A DNA stretch of 32,000 bases from Pseudomonas aeruginosa (GCF_001457615.1 NZ_LN831024.1:5400001-5432000); one strand, 5' to 3'. Shown: positions 18,935-26,787, numbered from the stretch's first letter. The notes: generated by a model not told the origin, from the sequence alone. Translations and numbers: made by a program.

Positions 18935-19498
18935 ATGATCCGCCGAATCCTGCTGCTCGGCCTGCTCCTCAGCCTCGCAGCCTGCGAAACCACCCAGCTC
19001 GACCGCGACTTCGACAGCTCCCGCGACTTCGCCGCCTACCGTAGCTGGAGCTGGTCGCAACCCGCCTTCGAATACCGCCCCGACGACCCACGCATCAAGA
19101 GCGACCTCACCGAGCAACGCATCCGCGAAGCCGTCGCCCAGCAGCTCGACCAGCGCGGCCTGCGTCCGGCCCAGGGCAACGCCAGGGGCGACGTCACGGT
19201 GCGCGCCTACCTGATCGTCGACGATCGCCAGGACCAGATCACCACCAACTACGGCGGCGGTTACTGGGGCGGCTACTGGGGAGGATACTGGGGCGGCCCG
19301 GCGATGGCCGAGACGCGCACCGTGAATTACAAGGTTGCCACCCTCCAGGTCGACCTGTTCGACGGCAAGGACGGCAAGCTGGTCTGGCGCGGCAGCGGCG
19401 AGCAGATCATGCGCACCAGCCCGCCGAGCCCGGCCGAGCGCGAGCAGGCGATCCGCGAGACGGTGCAGAAAGTCATGTCGCAATACCCGCCGCGCTGA
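18935..19498 (+). CDS. DUF4136-type lipoprotein with (GGYW)n repeat
   Basis: 187 aa from the ATG at 18935, with GGAG upstream. Lipobox LSLAAC and an internal NYGGGYWGGYWGGYWGG. Confidence 0.7.
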   Translation: MIRRILLLGLLLSLAACETTQLDRDFDSSRDFAAYRSWSWSQPAFEYRPDDPRIKSDLTEQRIREAVAQQLDQRGLRPAQGNARGDVTVRAYLIVDDRQDQITTNYGGGYWGGYWGGYWGGPAMAETRTVNYKVATLQVDLFDGKDGKLVWRGSGEQIMRTSPPSPAEREQAIRETVQKVMSQYPPR

Positions 19499-19499
19499 C

Positions 19500-19982
19500 A
19501 TGCAGCTCAGCCACCGCCCGGCGGAGACCGGTGACCTGGAGACGGTCGCCGGCTTCCCCCAGGACCGCGACGAACTCTTCTATTGCTACCCCAAGGCGAT
19601 CTGGCCGTTCAGCGTCGCCCAGCTGGCCGCCGCCATCGCCGAACGCCGCGGCAGCACCGTGGCCGTGCACGACGGACAGGTGCTCGGCTTCGCCAACTTC
19701 TACCAGTGGCAGCACGGCGACTTCTGCGCCCTCGGCAACATGATGGTGGCGCCCGCCGCGCGCGGTCTGGGCGTGGCCCGCTACCTGATCGGGGTCATGG
19801 AAAACCTCGCCCGCGAACAGTACAAAGCGCGCCTGATGAAGATTTCCTGCTTCAACGCCAACGCCGCCGGGCTGCTGCTCTATACCCAGCTCGGCTACCA
19901 GCCGCGCGCCATCGCCGAACGCCACGATCCGGACGGCCGGCGCGTGGCGCTGATCCAGATGGACAAGCCCCTTGAACCCTGA
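19500..19982 (+). CDS. GNAT-family N-acetyltransferase
   Basis: 160 aa. Acetyl-CoA motif A-like MVAPAARGLGVARYL. It starts 2 nt after the preceding stop. Confidence 0.8.
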   Translation: MQLSHRPAETGDLETVAGFPQDRDELFYCYPKAIWPFSVAQLAAAIAERRGSTVAVHDGQVLGFANFYQWQHGDFCALGNMMVAPAARGLGVARYLIGVMENLAREQYKARLMKISCFNANAAGLLLYTQLGYQPRAIAERHDPDGRRVALIQMDKPLEP

Positions 19983-20349
19983 CACCCACGCCCAGCGCGT
20001 CCTCATCATCGTCTCCAGCGGCCCGAGCACCCCGGCCCGCTGCGCCGCGCCCTTCCACACCGCCACCCTGCTGGCCTGCATGGACGCCGAGGTGACCCTG
20101 TTCCTCAGCGGCGAAGGCGTGCAGTTGGCCCGCCGCGCCGTCGCCGACCAGTTGCGCGCGCTGGACGGCGGCGAGCCGCTGCGCCACTTCATCCGCCAGG
20201 CCCGCGAGGCCGGCGCGCGCCTGCTGATGTGCCGCCAACCCGGGGTGAACATCGACGAAAGCGAACTGATCGAGGAACTCGACGAAATCTCCAGCGGCGG
20301 CGAACTGGCACGGCTGATCCTCGAATCCGAGCGGGTGCTGACCCTATGA
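19972..20349 (+). CDS. DsrE/DsrF-like sulfur-relay family protein
   Basis: 125 aa, with RVLIIVSSGP...A..A...A.A....V.LFL.GEGV, the DsrE-fold pattern. It overlaps the GNAT stop by 11 nt. Confidence 0.6.
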   Translation: MNPDTHAQRVLIIVSSGPSTPARCAAPFHTATLLACMDAEVTLFLSGEGVQLARRAVADQLRALDGGEPLRHFIRQAREAGARLLMCRQPGVNIDESELIEELDEISSGGELARLILESERVLTL

Positions 20350-20813
20350 GCGCGAACCTGCACGGCCTGGAGTTCCCCGACGGGCTGTTCTACGCCCCGG
20401 ACTACAACCTGTGGTTGCGCGAGGAAGTCGACGGCAGCCTGACCCTGGGCCTGAGCGCCTACGGCTGCGCGCTGTATGGCGAAATCTTCGCCTTCACCCC
20501 CAAGCGCGACGGCTGGCACATCGAACGCGACCGCAGCTTCGGCGTGGTCGAGTTCGCCAAGGCTGCCTCCTCGGCCCGCAGCCCGTTGGCCGGGACCCTG
20601 CTGGCGAGCAACCCGGCGGTGGTCAAGCGCCCGGCGCTGATCAACCGGGATTGCTACGGCGAGGGCTGGATGGTACGGCTGCAACCGGACGACTGGGCCT
20701 CGGCGCGGAGCGCGTTTCTCCAGGGAGACGCGGCGCGGGAGGCATTCGCCGAGCGCATGCGCCTGGATGGGTTCGATCCGCAGCATCCAGGGGTGCAGGC
20801 ACTGGACTTCTGA
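20346..20813 (+). CDS. Glycine-cleavage H-like (lipoyl-carrier-like) protein
   Basis: 155 aa, with an ATGA overlap with the upstream gene. VVEFAKAASSARSPLAGTL aligns with the GcvH lipoyl-Lys region (VESVKAASD..P.SG.V), and GEGWM resembles the GcvH C-terminus. Confidence 0.7.
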   Translation: MSANLHGLEFPDGLFYAPDYNLWLREEVDGSLTLGLSAYGCALYGEIFAFTPKRDGWHIERDRSFGVVEFAKAASSARSPLAGTLLASNPAVVKRPALINRDCYGEGWMVRLQPDDWASARSAFLQGDAAREAFAERMRLDGFDPQHPGVQALDF

Positions 20814-20848
20814 GACTCCCGGGTTTTACCCGCACCCCGCTCGCGGAA

Positions 20849-20881
20849 GGCGGATAACGCCGCTGGCGTTATTCGCCCTAC
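20849..20881. repeat. REP palindrome (inverted orientation)
   Basis: ggcggATAACGCCgctGGCGTTATtcgccctac. Confidence 0.6.
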
Positions 20882-20929
20882 CCCAGCTCTCCATCGCCGC
20901 CAATCTCCCGCATATCCCCGGAGTCCGCC

Positions 20930-21658
20930 ATGTCCTCACCCCAACCGCCCCGCTTCGACGGCCAACGCTGGAGCTACGCCGACGACGACCGCATCGAGGT
21001 GCTGCCTGCCGACCCCGCCTGGCCACAACACTTCGCCGCCGAAGCCGAGGCCATCCGCACGGCGCTGGCGCTGCCCGGGCTGGGCATCGAGCATGTCGGC
21101 AGCACCGCGGTGCCCGGGCTCGACGCCAAGCCGATCATCGACATCCTCCTGCTGCCGCCGCCCGGCCACGATCCGCAGCGGCTGGTAGCCCCGCTGGAGG
21201 GCCTCGGCTACCAGTTCTGGCGCGAGAACCCGAACACCCAGCGGATGTTCTTCGTCAAAGGCATGCCGCCCTTCGGCCATGGCCGCACCCACCATGTCCA
21301 TGTCATGCCCCTGGCCCAGGCCGACCGCTACCTGCTGTTCCGCGACTGGCTGCGCAACCACCCCGACGACGCCCGCCTCTACGCCGAAACCAAGCACGCC
21401 CTGGCCCGCCGCTACCCCACCGACCGCGAGGCCTATACCCGTGGCAAGGACGAGGTCGTCGCAAGGATTCTCGGCCGGGCGCTGGCGGCGACGCGGCACC
21501 CAATGATACAGAGTGGCCTGGTAAGGGGAGAACGCGAAATGCACGCCAGGGAACTGCGTGAAACGCTGGTCGCCGGCGCGGAATCGACGCCAGGCGGCCC
21601 CGCCGATACAGCCTATTTCGAGTCGCTGCGCAGCCGGGTAAGCAAGCCCCAGGACTGA
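20930..21658 (+). CDS. GrpB-family (UPF0157) protein
   Basis: 242 aa with IEHVGSTAVPGLDAKPIIDIL, HVHV and the YA..K..LA pattern of GrpB. It carries about 55 extra C-terminal residues. Confidence 0.75.
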   Translation: MSSPQPPRFDGQRWSYADDDRIEVLPADPAWPQHFAAEAEAIRTALALPGLGIEHVGSTAVPGLDAKPIIDILLLPPPGHDPQRLVAPLEGLGYQFWRENPNTQRMFFVKGMPPFGHGRTHHVHVMPLAQADRYLLFRDWLRNHPDDARLYAETKHALARRYPTDREAYTRGKDEVVARILGRALAATRHPMIQSGLVRGEREMHARELRETLVAGAESTPGGPADTAYFESLRSRVSKPQD

Positions 21659-21680
21659 GGCGGATAGCGTGCTTCGCTCA

Positions 21681-22259
21681 CTACTGCGACTGTGCGAGCG
21701 CGGCTTCCACCAACCTCTCGATCACCTCCCCCACCCTCCCCGGCTCGCCAACCTCCACCCAGCGCAAATGCGCGAACCGCGGATCCTCGCGCAGGCCGGT
21801 GTATTTGCGGCGGTTGCCTGCGAAGGTGGTCCATGACCAGAGCAGGATCGAATCCCTGGAGCAGAACGCCATCCGCAGCGATTCACGGTTGCCGTGGGAC
21901 AGGCGGGTGCGCAGCAGGCCCCGGGCCAGGGTGCGGCGAAGGACCCGGGAGAACACCGTCCAGCGGCCGAAATTCAGCCATACCACGTGGGTGGCGCGGC
22001 CCCAGAGCAACTCGCGGACGGCGCTGTAGTTGCCGTCGGCGACCCAGCGCGGCGCCGTCGTCGCCCGCTCCACGGCGTGCTCGAAGCGTTCGTGGGGCAC
22101 GGCTTGCCAGCCGGGGCCCCAGTAGAGTCGGTCGAGTTCGACATGCGTACAACCCAGCCTGGCGGCCAGCGCGGCGGAGAAGGTCGTCTTCCCGGCCCCG
22201 CTGGTGCCGACCACCACCACACGCAGCGGCGCGCCTCGCTCGGCCTCGACGCAGGTCAT
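21681..22259 (-). CDS. P-loop NTPase/kinase (adenylate-kinase-like)
   Basis: 192 aa from the ATG at 22259, which forms an ATGA overlap with the upstream stop. Walker A: VVVGTSGAGKTT. Confidence 0.7.
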   Translation of the reverse strand: MTCVEAERGAPLRVVVVGTSGAGKTTFSAALAARLGCTHVELDRLYWGPGWQAVPHERFEHAVERATTAPRWVADGNYSAVRELLWGRATHVVWLNFGRWTVFSRVLRRTLARGLLRTRLSHGNRESLRMAFCSRDSILLWSWTTFAGNRRKYTGLREDPRFAHLRWVEVGEPGRVGEVIERLVEAALAQSQ

Positions 22260-23056
22260 GCCTTGACCGCGACCAGCGTGTAGCACATCGGGATCGCCAG
22301 CGGTCCGTCCTCGTAGAGGTCGTAGAGTTCCTCGCGGTTCGAGTGCGGGTACTCCTTGAAGTGACTCAGGCGCAGGCCGGCGCCGAGCAACCCGCCGAGG
22401 ATGTCGCCGAGCGGGTGGACGTACCAGTAGCTGGCGATGCCGGTATCGCTGCCGCTGCCTTCGTAGACGATGGCCTCCCGGGATACGTGGGGCGTGTCGG
22501 TGAAGTAGTCGTTGCGCAGTTCGAACGGTCGCTCCGACTCGGGTTCGAGCATCTCCAGGAACGGGTGGGTCTCATAGATCGCCAATTGCCCGCCCGGCTT
22601 CAGCAGACCGCTCACCGAGGCGAAGAAGCGCGCGATGTCGGGCATCCAGTTGAGCACACCGATGGTGATCAGCAGCAGGTCGAACTGACCGTTCAGCTCG
22701 ACCGGCAGCTCGTAGGCATTGGCTTCGACGAAACGCGGCTGATGCGGCGAGCGCTCGGCCAGTTGCCGCGCCTGGGCGAGGAAGGCGGCGGACTGGTCGA
22801 TCCCCACCGCCCGCGCGACGCCGAAGGCGTACAGCGAAAGCACTTCCCGGCCGTTGTTGCAGCCGACCTGGACCGCCGCCTTGCCGGCCAGGTCCAGATT
22901 GCGCAGCACGCCAGCCAGGGTCTCGTCCAGGCAACTGAAGCCGGTTTCCTGTACCGCCAGCGACAATTCCTGCCAGCCGCTGCCACGCAGGTGACTGTCG
23001 GCGGACGCGTCCCAGGCGCGTCGGTTGCTTTCCACCGCGTGTTCAAGATCCGTCAT
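22256..23056 (-). CDS. Class I SAM-dependent methyltransferase
   Basis: 266 aa. Motif I-like VQVGCNNGREVL and post-I/II FDLLLITIGVLNW. Confidence 0.75.
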   Translation of the reverse strand: MTDLEHAVESNRRAWDASADSHLRGSGWQELSLAVQETGFSCLDETLAGVLRNLDLAGKAAVQVGCNNGREVLSLYAFGVARAVGIDQSAAFLAQARQLAERSPHQPRFVEANAYELPVELNGQFDLLLITIGVLNWMPDIARFFASVSGLLKPGGQLAIYETHPFLEMLEPESERPFELRNDYFTDTPHVSREAIVYEGSGSDTGIASYWYVHPLGDILGGLLGAGLRLSHFKEYPHSNREELYDLYEDGPLAIPMCYTLVAVKA

Positions 23057-23351
23057 GCGAAAACCTCAGAAGTGTTCCCAGGAAGGCCAGCCGAGTCGCG
23101 AACCCGCAGCCCACTCAATCGCGGAATTGCAGCCCGATATGGGCTCGGCAGTCGCGTCGTTCCAGGCTGCCTTCCTGGAAAGCGCCGCAGGCGCGGTTTC
23201 TCAGAGGCAGCGTCTGTTCCACCACGGTCACCCGCACCTCGTTCGCCGGTTGGCGCTGCTCGGCGGGTCGCGGCGCCTGACGCCGGCCGTTCAGGTTGTC
23301 GGCCCCGCCTGGCGGGATGCGCCGGCGCGTCGCGGCGATCCGCCTGCATGC

Positions 23352-23792
23352 TCAATAGAGACCGGTGGCGCTGCCCCGCTCGAACAGCGGCACCTGGTTG
23401 GCCAGGATCATGTTGTAGCTGAGCATGAACGGCACCCCGCCGCCGCTTTCGGCGATCTGGCCTACCCAGCCGATGGGGTTGTTGAACAGCGATTCGTCGG
23501 GGCTGAGCACGCCGACGGCGGCGCTGTCCGGGTCGCCGTCCCAGGTCACGTCGCCCCAGTGCCAGCCGAGGCCACGCACGTACTGCGCGCCGATCAGCGC
23601 GCCGAGGGCGAAGACCGCCTCGTCGTCGAGGCTGCGCCCCTGCTCCCTCGCATCGCGCACGTAGTCGGTGACGGCGGCGACGATCTGCGCCGGCGTCTCG
23701 TCCGCGGCGACGCCAAGCAAGGCGAGCCCCTGTGCCTGCAGCTCCGCCAGTTGCTGTTGCAGGTCCGTTGAAAGCGGATTGATCTCGGCCAT
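23352..23792 (-). CDS. Hypothetical protein
   Basis: 146 aa with good GC3 and non-degenerate composition. No motif recognised. Confidence 0.5.
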   Translation of the reverse strand: MAEINPLSTDLQQQLAELQAQGLALLGVAADETPAQIVAAVTDYVRDAREQGRSLDDEAVFALGALIGAQYVRGLGWHWGDVTWDGDPDSAAVGVLSPDESLFNNPIGWVGQIAESGGGVPFMLSYNMILANQVPLFERGSATGLY

Positions 23793-23982
23793 CCCTGTTC
23801 TCCCGAGGCAAGCGTGCGCACCCGTCCGTCGGGCGCGCCATGAAGCGCGTTATCTTACGGCTTCGCGGCGACGAAAGCGCCCTCCCCAGCCAAACGTAGC
23901 GCAGCCGCTAATCGCCTCTTCCCGGAAATGCTGCCTTCGGCTCTACTGGCGAATTTGTGCCATCCATACCCGAGACAGCCCC

Positions 23983-24705
23983 ATGACGCTGATCGCCGCC
24001 GCCCAGAGCTGCGCCCACCCCGCCGACCTGCCACGCAACCTCGACGACCACCTGCGCCTGATGCGTATCGCCCAGGCACGGGGCGTGCGCCTGCTGGTGT
24101 TTCCCGAACTGTCGCTCACCGGCTACGAACCCAGCGCTGCCGCCGCCCTCGCCCAGCCGGCGGACACGCCCCTGCTGCAACCGCTGCGCCAGCTCGCCGA
24201 GCAGGCACGGATGACCACGGTGGTCGGCCTGCCGCTGCGCTCGCCGAAGCATGCCAAGCCGCTGATCGCCGCCCTGATCCTCGGCGCCGACGGCAGCCTC
24301 GGCGTCTATGCCAAGCAGCACCTGCACGCGGGCGAGGAACGCCACTTCTCAGCCGGCGACGGCGGCCCCCTGCTGGAGATCGACGGCCTGCCGATGGCGT
24401 TGGCGGTCTGCGCCGACTTCAGCCAACCCAGCCACCCGGCCCACGCCGCCCGTGCCGGCGCTCGCCTCTACATCGCCAGCGCGCTGATCGGAGAAAACGG
24501 CTACCCGGCCGACTCGGCCCTACTGGCCGGTTATGCCCGCGAGCACGGAATGGGCGTGCTGCTGGCCAACCATGGCGGGCCGACGGGTGGCTGGAAGGCG
24601 GCGGGCAGGAGTGCGTTTTGGAATGAGCGGGGAGCGCTGGTCAGGGAGACGACGGGGACGGGTGAGACGCTGCTTCTGCTGGAACGGACCGAGATAGACG
24701 CTTGA
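23983..24705 (+). CDS. Carbon-nitrogen hydrolase (nitrilase superfamily)
   Basis: 240 aa from the ATG at 23983. Candidate Glu-Lys-Cys triad: FPELSLTGY, YAKQHL, LAVCADF. Confidence 0.8.
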   Translation: MTLIAAAQSCAHPADLPRNLDDHLRLMRIAQARGVRLLVFPELSLTGYEPSAAAALAQPADTPLLQPLRQLAEQARMTTVVGLPLRSPKHAKPLIAALILGADGSLGVYAKQHLHAGEERHFSAGDGGPLLEIDGLPMALAVCADFSQPSHPAHAARAGARLYIASALIGENGYPADSALLAGYAREHGMGVLLANHGGPTGGWKAAGRSAFWNERGALVRETTGTGETLLLLERTEIDA

Positions 24706-24745
24706 TCCTGTGAGACACGATGGCCGCCGAAAGCGAGCGGAGAAT

Positions 24746-24772
24746 TGGCGGAAGGCAGTGGGAGTCGAACCC
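24746..24772 (-). other. attL: orphan 3'-terminal fragment of a tRNA-Sec-type gene
   Basis: The minus strand reads GGGTTCGACTCCCACTGCCTTCCGCCA, a T-loop followed by 17 nt (5+8+1+3), the 8/5 tRNA-Sec geometry. The last 9 nt, CTTCCGCCA, match E. coli selC as recalled. No D or anticodon arm follows, and GC drops sharply immediately to the right. Confidence 0.8.
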
Positions 24773-24934
24773 TATTTTTAGGGTGGCCTTATTTGGCCAA
24801 TGCTGGACAATTACTGATAAATCAATGGCTTGCGATCAGGAGAAGTCGCCTTCATTGGTTATTGTTGGTCAGTGGTTTCGACACTTTTTCGACAGTCCAT
24901 GCCGTGGCATTTGTCTTGAGAACCCCATCAAAAG

Positions 24935-25618
24935 CTATTTAATTATTTTCTCTGGAGATATAACATCTCGATAGACCTTGTGAAGAGTTCTAAGATACTC
25001 CTTTCCAATCCCCGTTAATTCATACTTTACTTTTATATGAAATGATCCCCCAACCCCATTTGGTGACTTATCTCTCTCCGCCGATATATTCCTTTTAAGA
25101 ACCCTATGATTTGTCAGTACGTCGCCAAGACTGTCAATAAAGAGATTTTCGTTCTCATAACCATGCATAAATGTATGAATATCAATCAGTGAAACATTAT
25201 TGGTTATTCGAGCTTGGTGCTCAAAAACCTCAACACTTACTTCTCCATTTATTACTCTGGCGAAAGCGCCACCTAGAATGCTAGCTTTCTGCTCTGAGTC
25301 TGCTCTTGATAGGTTTTCGATAGCCTCCTCTGTAAACCGCTCTTTTTCTTTAGGTTCTAGTTTTGCGTAAAACCTACCTACTAGTTCCGGCGTAACCTCT
25401 TTCCTAGCTTCTTCCAAAAAAGAGCTTACTTTTTTTGCAAAACGCTTTTCTCTTGCACTACTAATAGCCTTAACAACACCAAGAATTGTTGATACCGCAG
25501 GTATCGACTTTAAAGTTTCGTCACTAATGAAAGCATCCAGTATAATTTCTGAGTATTCACTAACAGGAAGCTCGCCAATTTTTTCTATCAGATTATTGTC
25601 TGCATCCTTCTTACTCAT
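24935..25618 (-). CDS. Orphan prophage cargo protein, 227 aa
   Basis: The ATG at 25618 follows GAGGAG by 6 nt. GC is about 36%. The protein is Lys/Glu-rich and apparently soluble. No recognisable motif. The ORF-track start at 25660 is rejected. Confidence 0.6.
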   Translation of the reverse strand: MSKKDADNNLIEKIGELPVSEYSEIILDAFISDETLKSIPAVSTILGVVKAISSAREKRFAKKVSSFLEEARKEVTPELVGRFYAKLEPKEKERFTEEAIENLSRADSEQKASILGGAFARVINGEVSVEVFEHQARITNNVSLIDIHTFMHGYENENLFIDSLGDVLTNHRVLKRNISAERDKSPNGVGGSFHIKVKYELTGIGKEYLRTLHKVYRDVISPEKIIK

Positions 25619-25649
25619 AACTATCTCCTCAAATTTTGTGCAAGCTAAA

Positions 25650-25952
25650 TTACTTACCACAAAAATCCTTTAGTCCCTTTGTACTTATCGAGTTCGGATT
25701 AACTCTATGCCTTTCAATCCAGAATTGGCACTCCTCGCTATATAGGCGCTCTTGTCGCCTCGTCACTTCCTGCCTGTCGTCCTTTTCACAGTCTCTTCTT
25801 ATAGAGTTCCCAACCCCGTTCTCTCCGCTGCTATTTCTGAATGCGTAGCATAGAGCGGAGTTTGAAAACTTGATTAGCCAGTCATCACTGGCTTCATTTG
25901 CAAAAGCTGAGAAAGAAAGTAGAGCTAGAAATAATAAAAAGCATCCTTTCAT
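25650..25952 (-). CDS. Orphan secreted small protein, 100 aa
   Basis: The ATG at 25952 follows AGGAAAAG. Signal peptide MKGCFLLFLALLSFSAFA|NE, with four Cys in the mature part. Low GC. Confidence 0.6.
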   Translation of the reverse strand: MKGCFLLFLALLSFSAFANEASDDWLIKFSNSALCYAFRNSSGENGVGNSIRRDCEKDDRQEVTRRQERLYSEECQFWIERHRVNPNSISTKGLKDFCGK

Positions 25953-26007
25953 TTATCTTTTCCTGTCTTTCGGGCATACCAACGCCTAGCCACTTCCTGT
26001 GTGATCG

Positions 26008-26292
26008 CTATCCCGCGCTTTGACTGGTCAAGTTTCGATTGGCTTCATCGTAGCTCGGACTTGTCTGTCCGCACTCGGGGGCAATCTGTCCGCTAGCGAT
26101 CCAAAGGGCGTACTGAGGGAAGGCCCGCACAAGTACGTCAATTTCGTCAGTGCTTACTCGTACAGCGCCTTTGCTGACATTCAGCCACCGGCTGTGATCC
26201 GTATTGCTCAGTTGACTGAGCTTTTTAGGGCCGATCTGCTTAATCAATAGCCTTGCTCTATCTGCTGAGCTTTCCATATAGAAATTATTCAC
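26008..26292 (-). CDS. Pf prophage repressor (Pf4r/C-repressor-like)
   Basis: 89-94 aa (ATG at 26277 or GTG at 26292). It is divergent from the excisionase gene, and LSQLSNTDHSRWLNVSKGAVRVS looks like an HTH. The position is identical to pf4r in Pf4. Confidence 0.7.
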   Translation of the reverse strand: MNNFYMESSADRARLLIKQIGPKKLSQLSNTDHSRWLNVSKGAVRVSTDEIDVLVRAFPQYALWIASGQIAPECGQTSPSYDEANRNLTSQSAG

Positions 26293-26410
26293 ACGAAGCA
26301 GCGAGGGTAACTATTGACTCGACCAAAGGCCAGGTCAATAATTGCCTTCAGGGTAATTATTGACTTAATGGGCATAGCCCAACAAAGACCAACATAGTGC
26401 AGCAAAGGCC
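26293..26410. promoter_or_regulatory. Repressor/excisionase switch region with repeated TTATTGAC half-sites
   Basis: GGGTAAcTATTGACT at 26305-26319 and GGGTAAtTATTGACT at 26351-26365 are direct repeats. The inverted copy GTCAATAATT at 26334-26343 is the exact reverse complement of 26355-26364. TTGACT-N17-AATAAT at 26314-26342 resembles a sigma70 promoter. Confidence 0.55.
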
Positions 26411-26626
26411 ATGGAAGTGGAAGAAATCAAGGCTCAAGACCTTCGCGCGGCGCCCCCGGTGTTGCCGTGGCGGGACTTCGCGAACTGGATTGGCATGGGG
26501 GAAGACCACGAAACCGTCCGTGGATGGATTCGTAAGGGCTATCTCCCCGCGCACAAGATCGGCAAGCACGTGATGGTCAATGTTGCGCTCTTCACCCATC
26601 AACTGATGGAAAAGGAGGAGTTCTGA
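26411..26626 (+). CDS. xisF: Excisionase / DNA-binding switch protein (XisF-like)
   Basis: 71 aa. MerR/excisionase-type HTH (RDFANWIGMGEDHETVRGWIRKGYLPAHKIGKHVMV). It is divergent from the repressor. Confidence 0.75.
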   Translation: MEVEEIKAQDLRAAPPVLPWRDFANWIGMGEDHETVRGWIRKGYLPAHKIGKHVMVNVALFTHQLMEKEEF

Positions 26627-26784
26627 TGGACACCTTCCAATTCTGCTTCGCGGGCATCGTCGGCAGTGTTTCCGGCAGGGTCGTGACCTGGGGCGGCCTG
26701 ACTGTCGATATCGACCAGATCGAGAATGCTTGGCTCCGTCAGGCGATTGAAGACTATCGCTGTGGTCGTAGGGGGCAGAAATGA
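26626..26784 (+). CDS. Small Pf early protein, 52 aa
   Basis: Below the ORF-track cutoff. The ATG overlaps the xisF stop (TGATG) and follows AAAGGAGGAG. GC3 is good. Confidence 0.5.
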   Translation: MDTFQFCFAGIVGSVSGRVVTWGGLTVDIDQIENAWLRQAIEDYRCGRRGQK

Positions 26785-26787
26785 GCC

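Noticed and set aside
23057-23351. 295-nt gap with a possible GTG-initiated peptide of about 40 aa on the minus strand (VRVTVVEQTLPLRNRACGAFQEGSLERRDCRAHIGLQFRD)
   Set aside because: No ATG or SD, a short length, and I cannot test conservation. The evidence is insufficient for a feature call.
21692-23422. 576-aa plus-strand ORF opposite the kinase and methyltransferase genes
   Set aside because: Its composition is junk-like. The opposite-strand genes have a Walker A motif, SAM-binding motifs and ATGA coupling.
24746-24840. Possible complete minus-strand tRNA gene
   Set aside because: Only the T-loop, the 3' T-stem strand, the acceptor 3' strand and CCA are present. The sequence where the 5' T-stem strand, variable arm and anticodon arm should be is AT-rich and cannot pair (TAGGG where GTGGG is required).
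24720-24974. 84-aa and 65-aa plus-strand ORFs crossing the att site
   Set aside because: They span the chromosome/prophage junction and the tRNA fragment. No SD is present, the composition is mixed, and there are no motifs.
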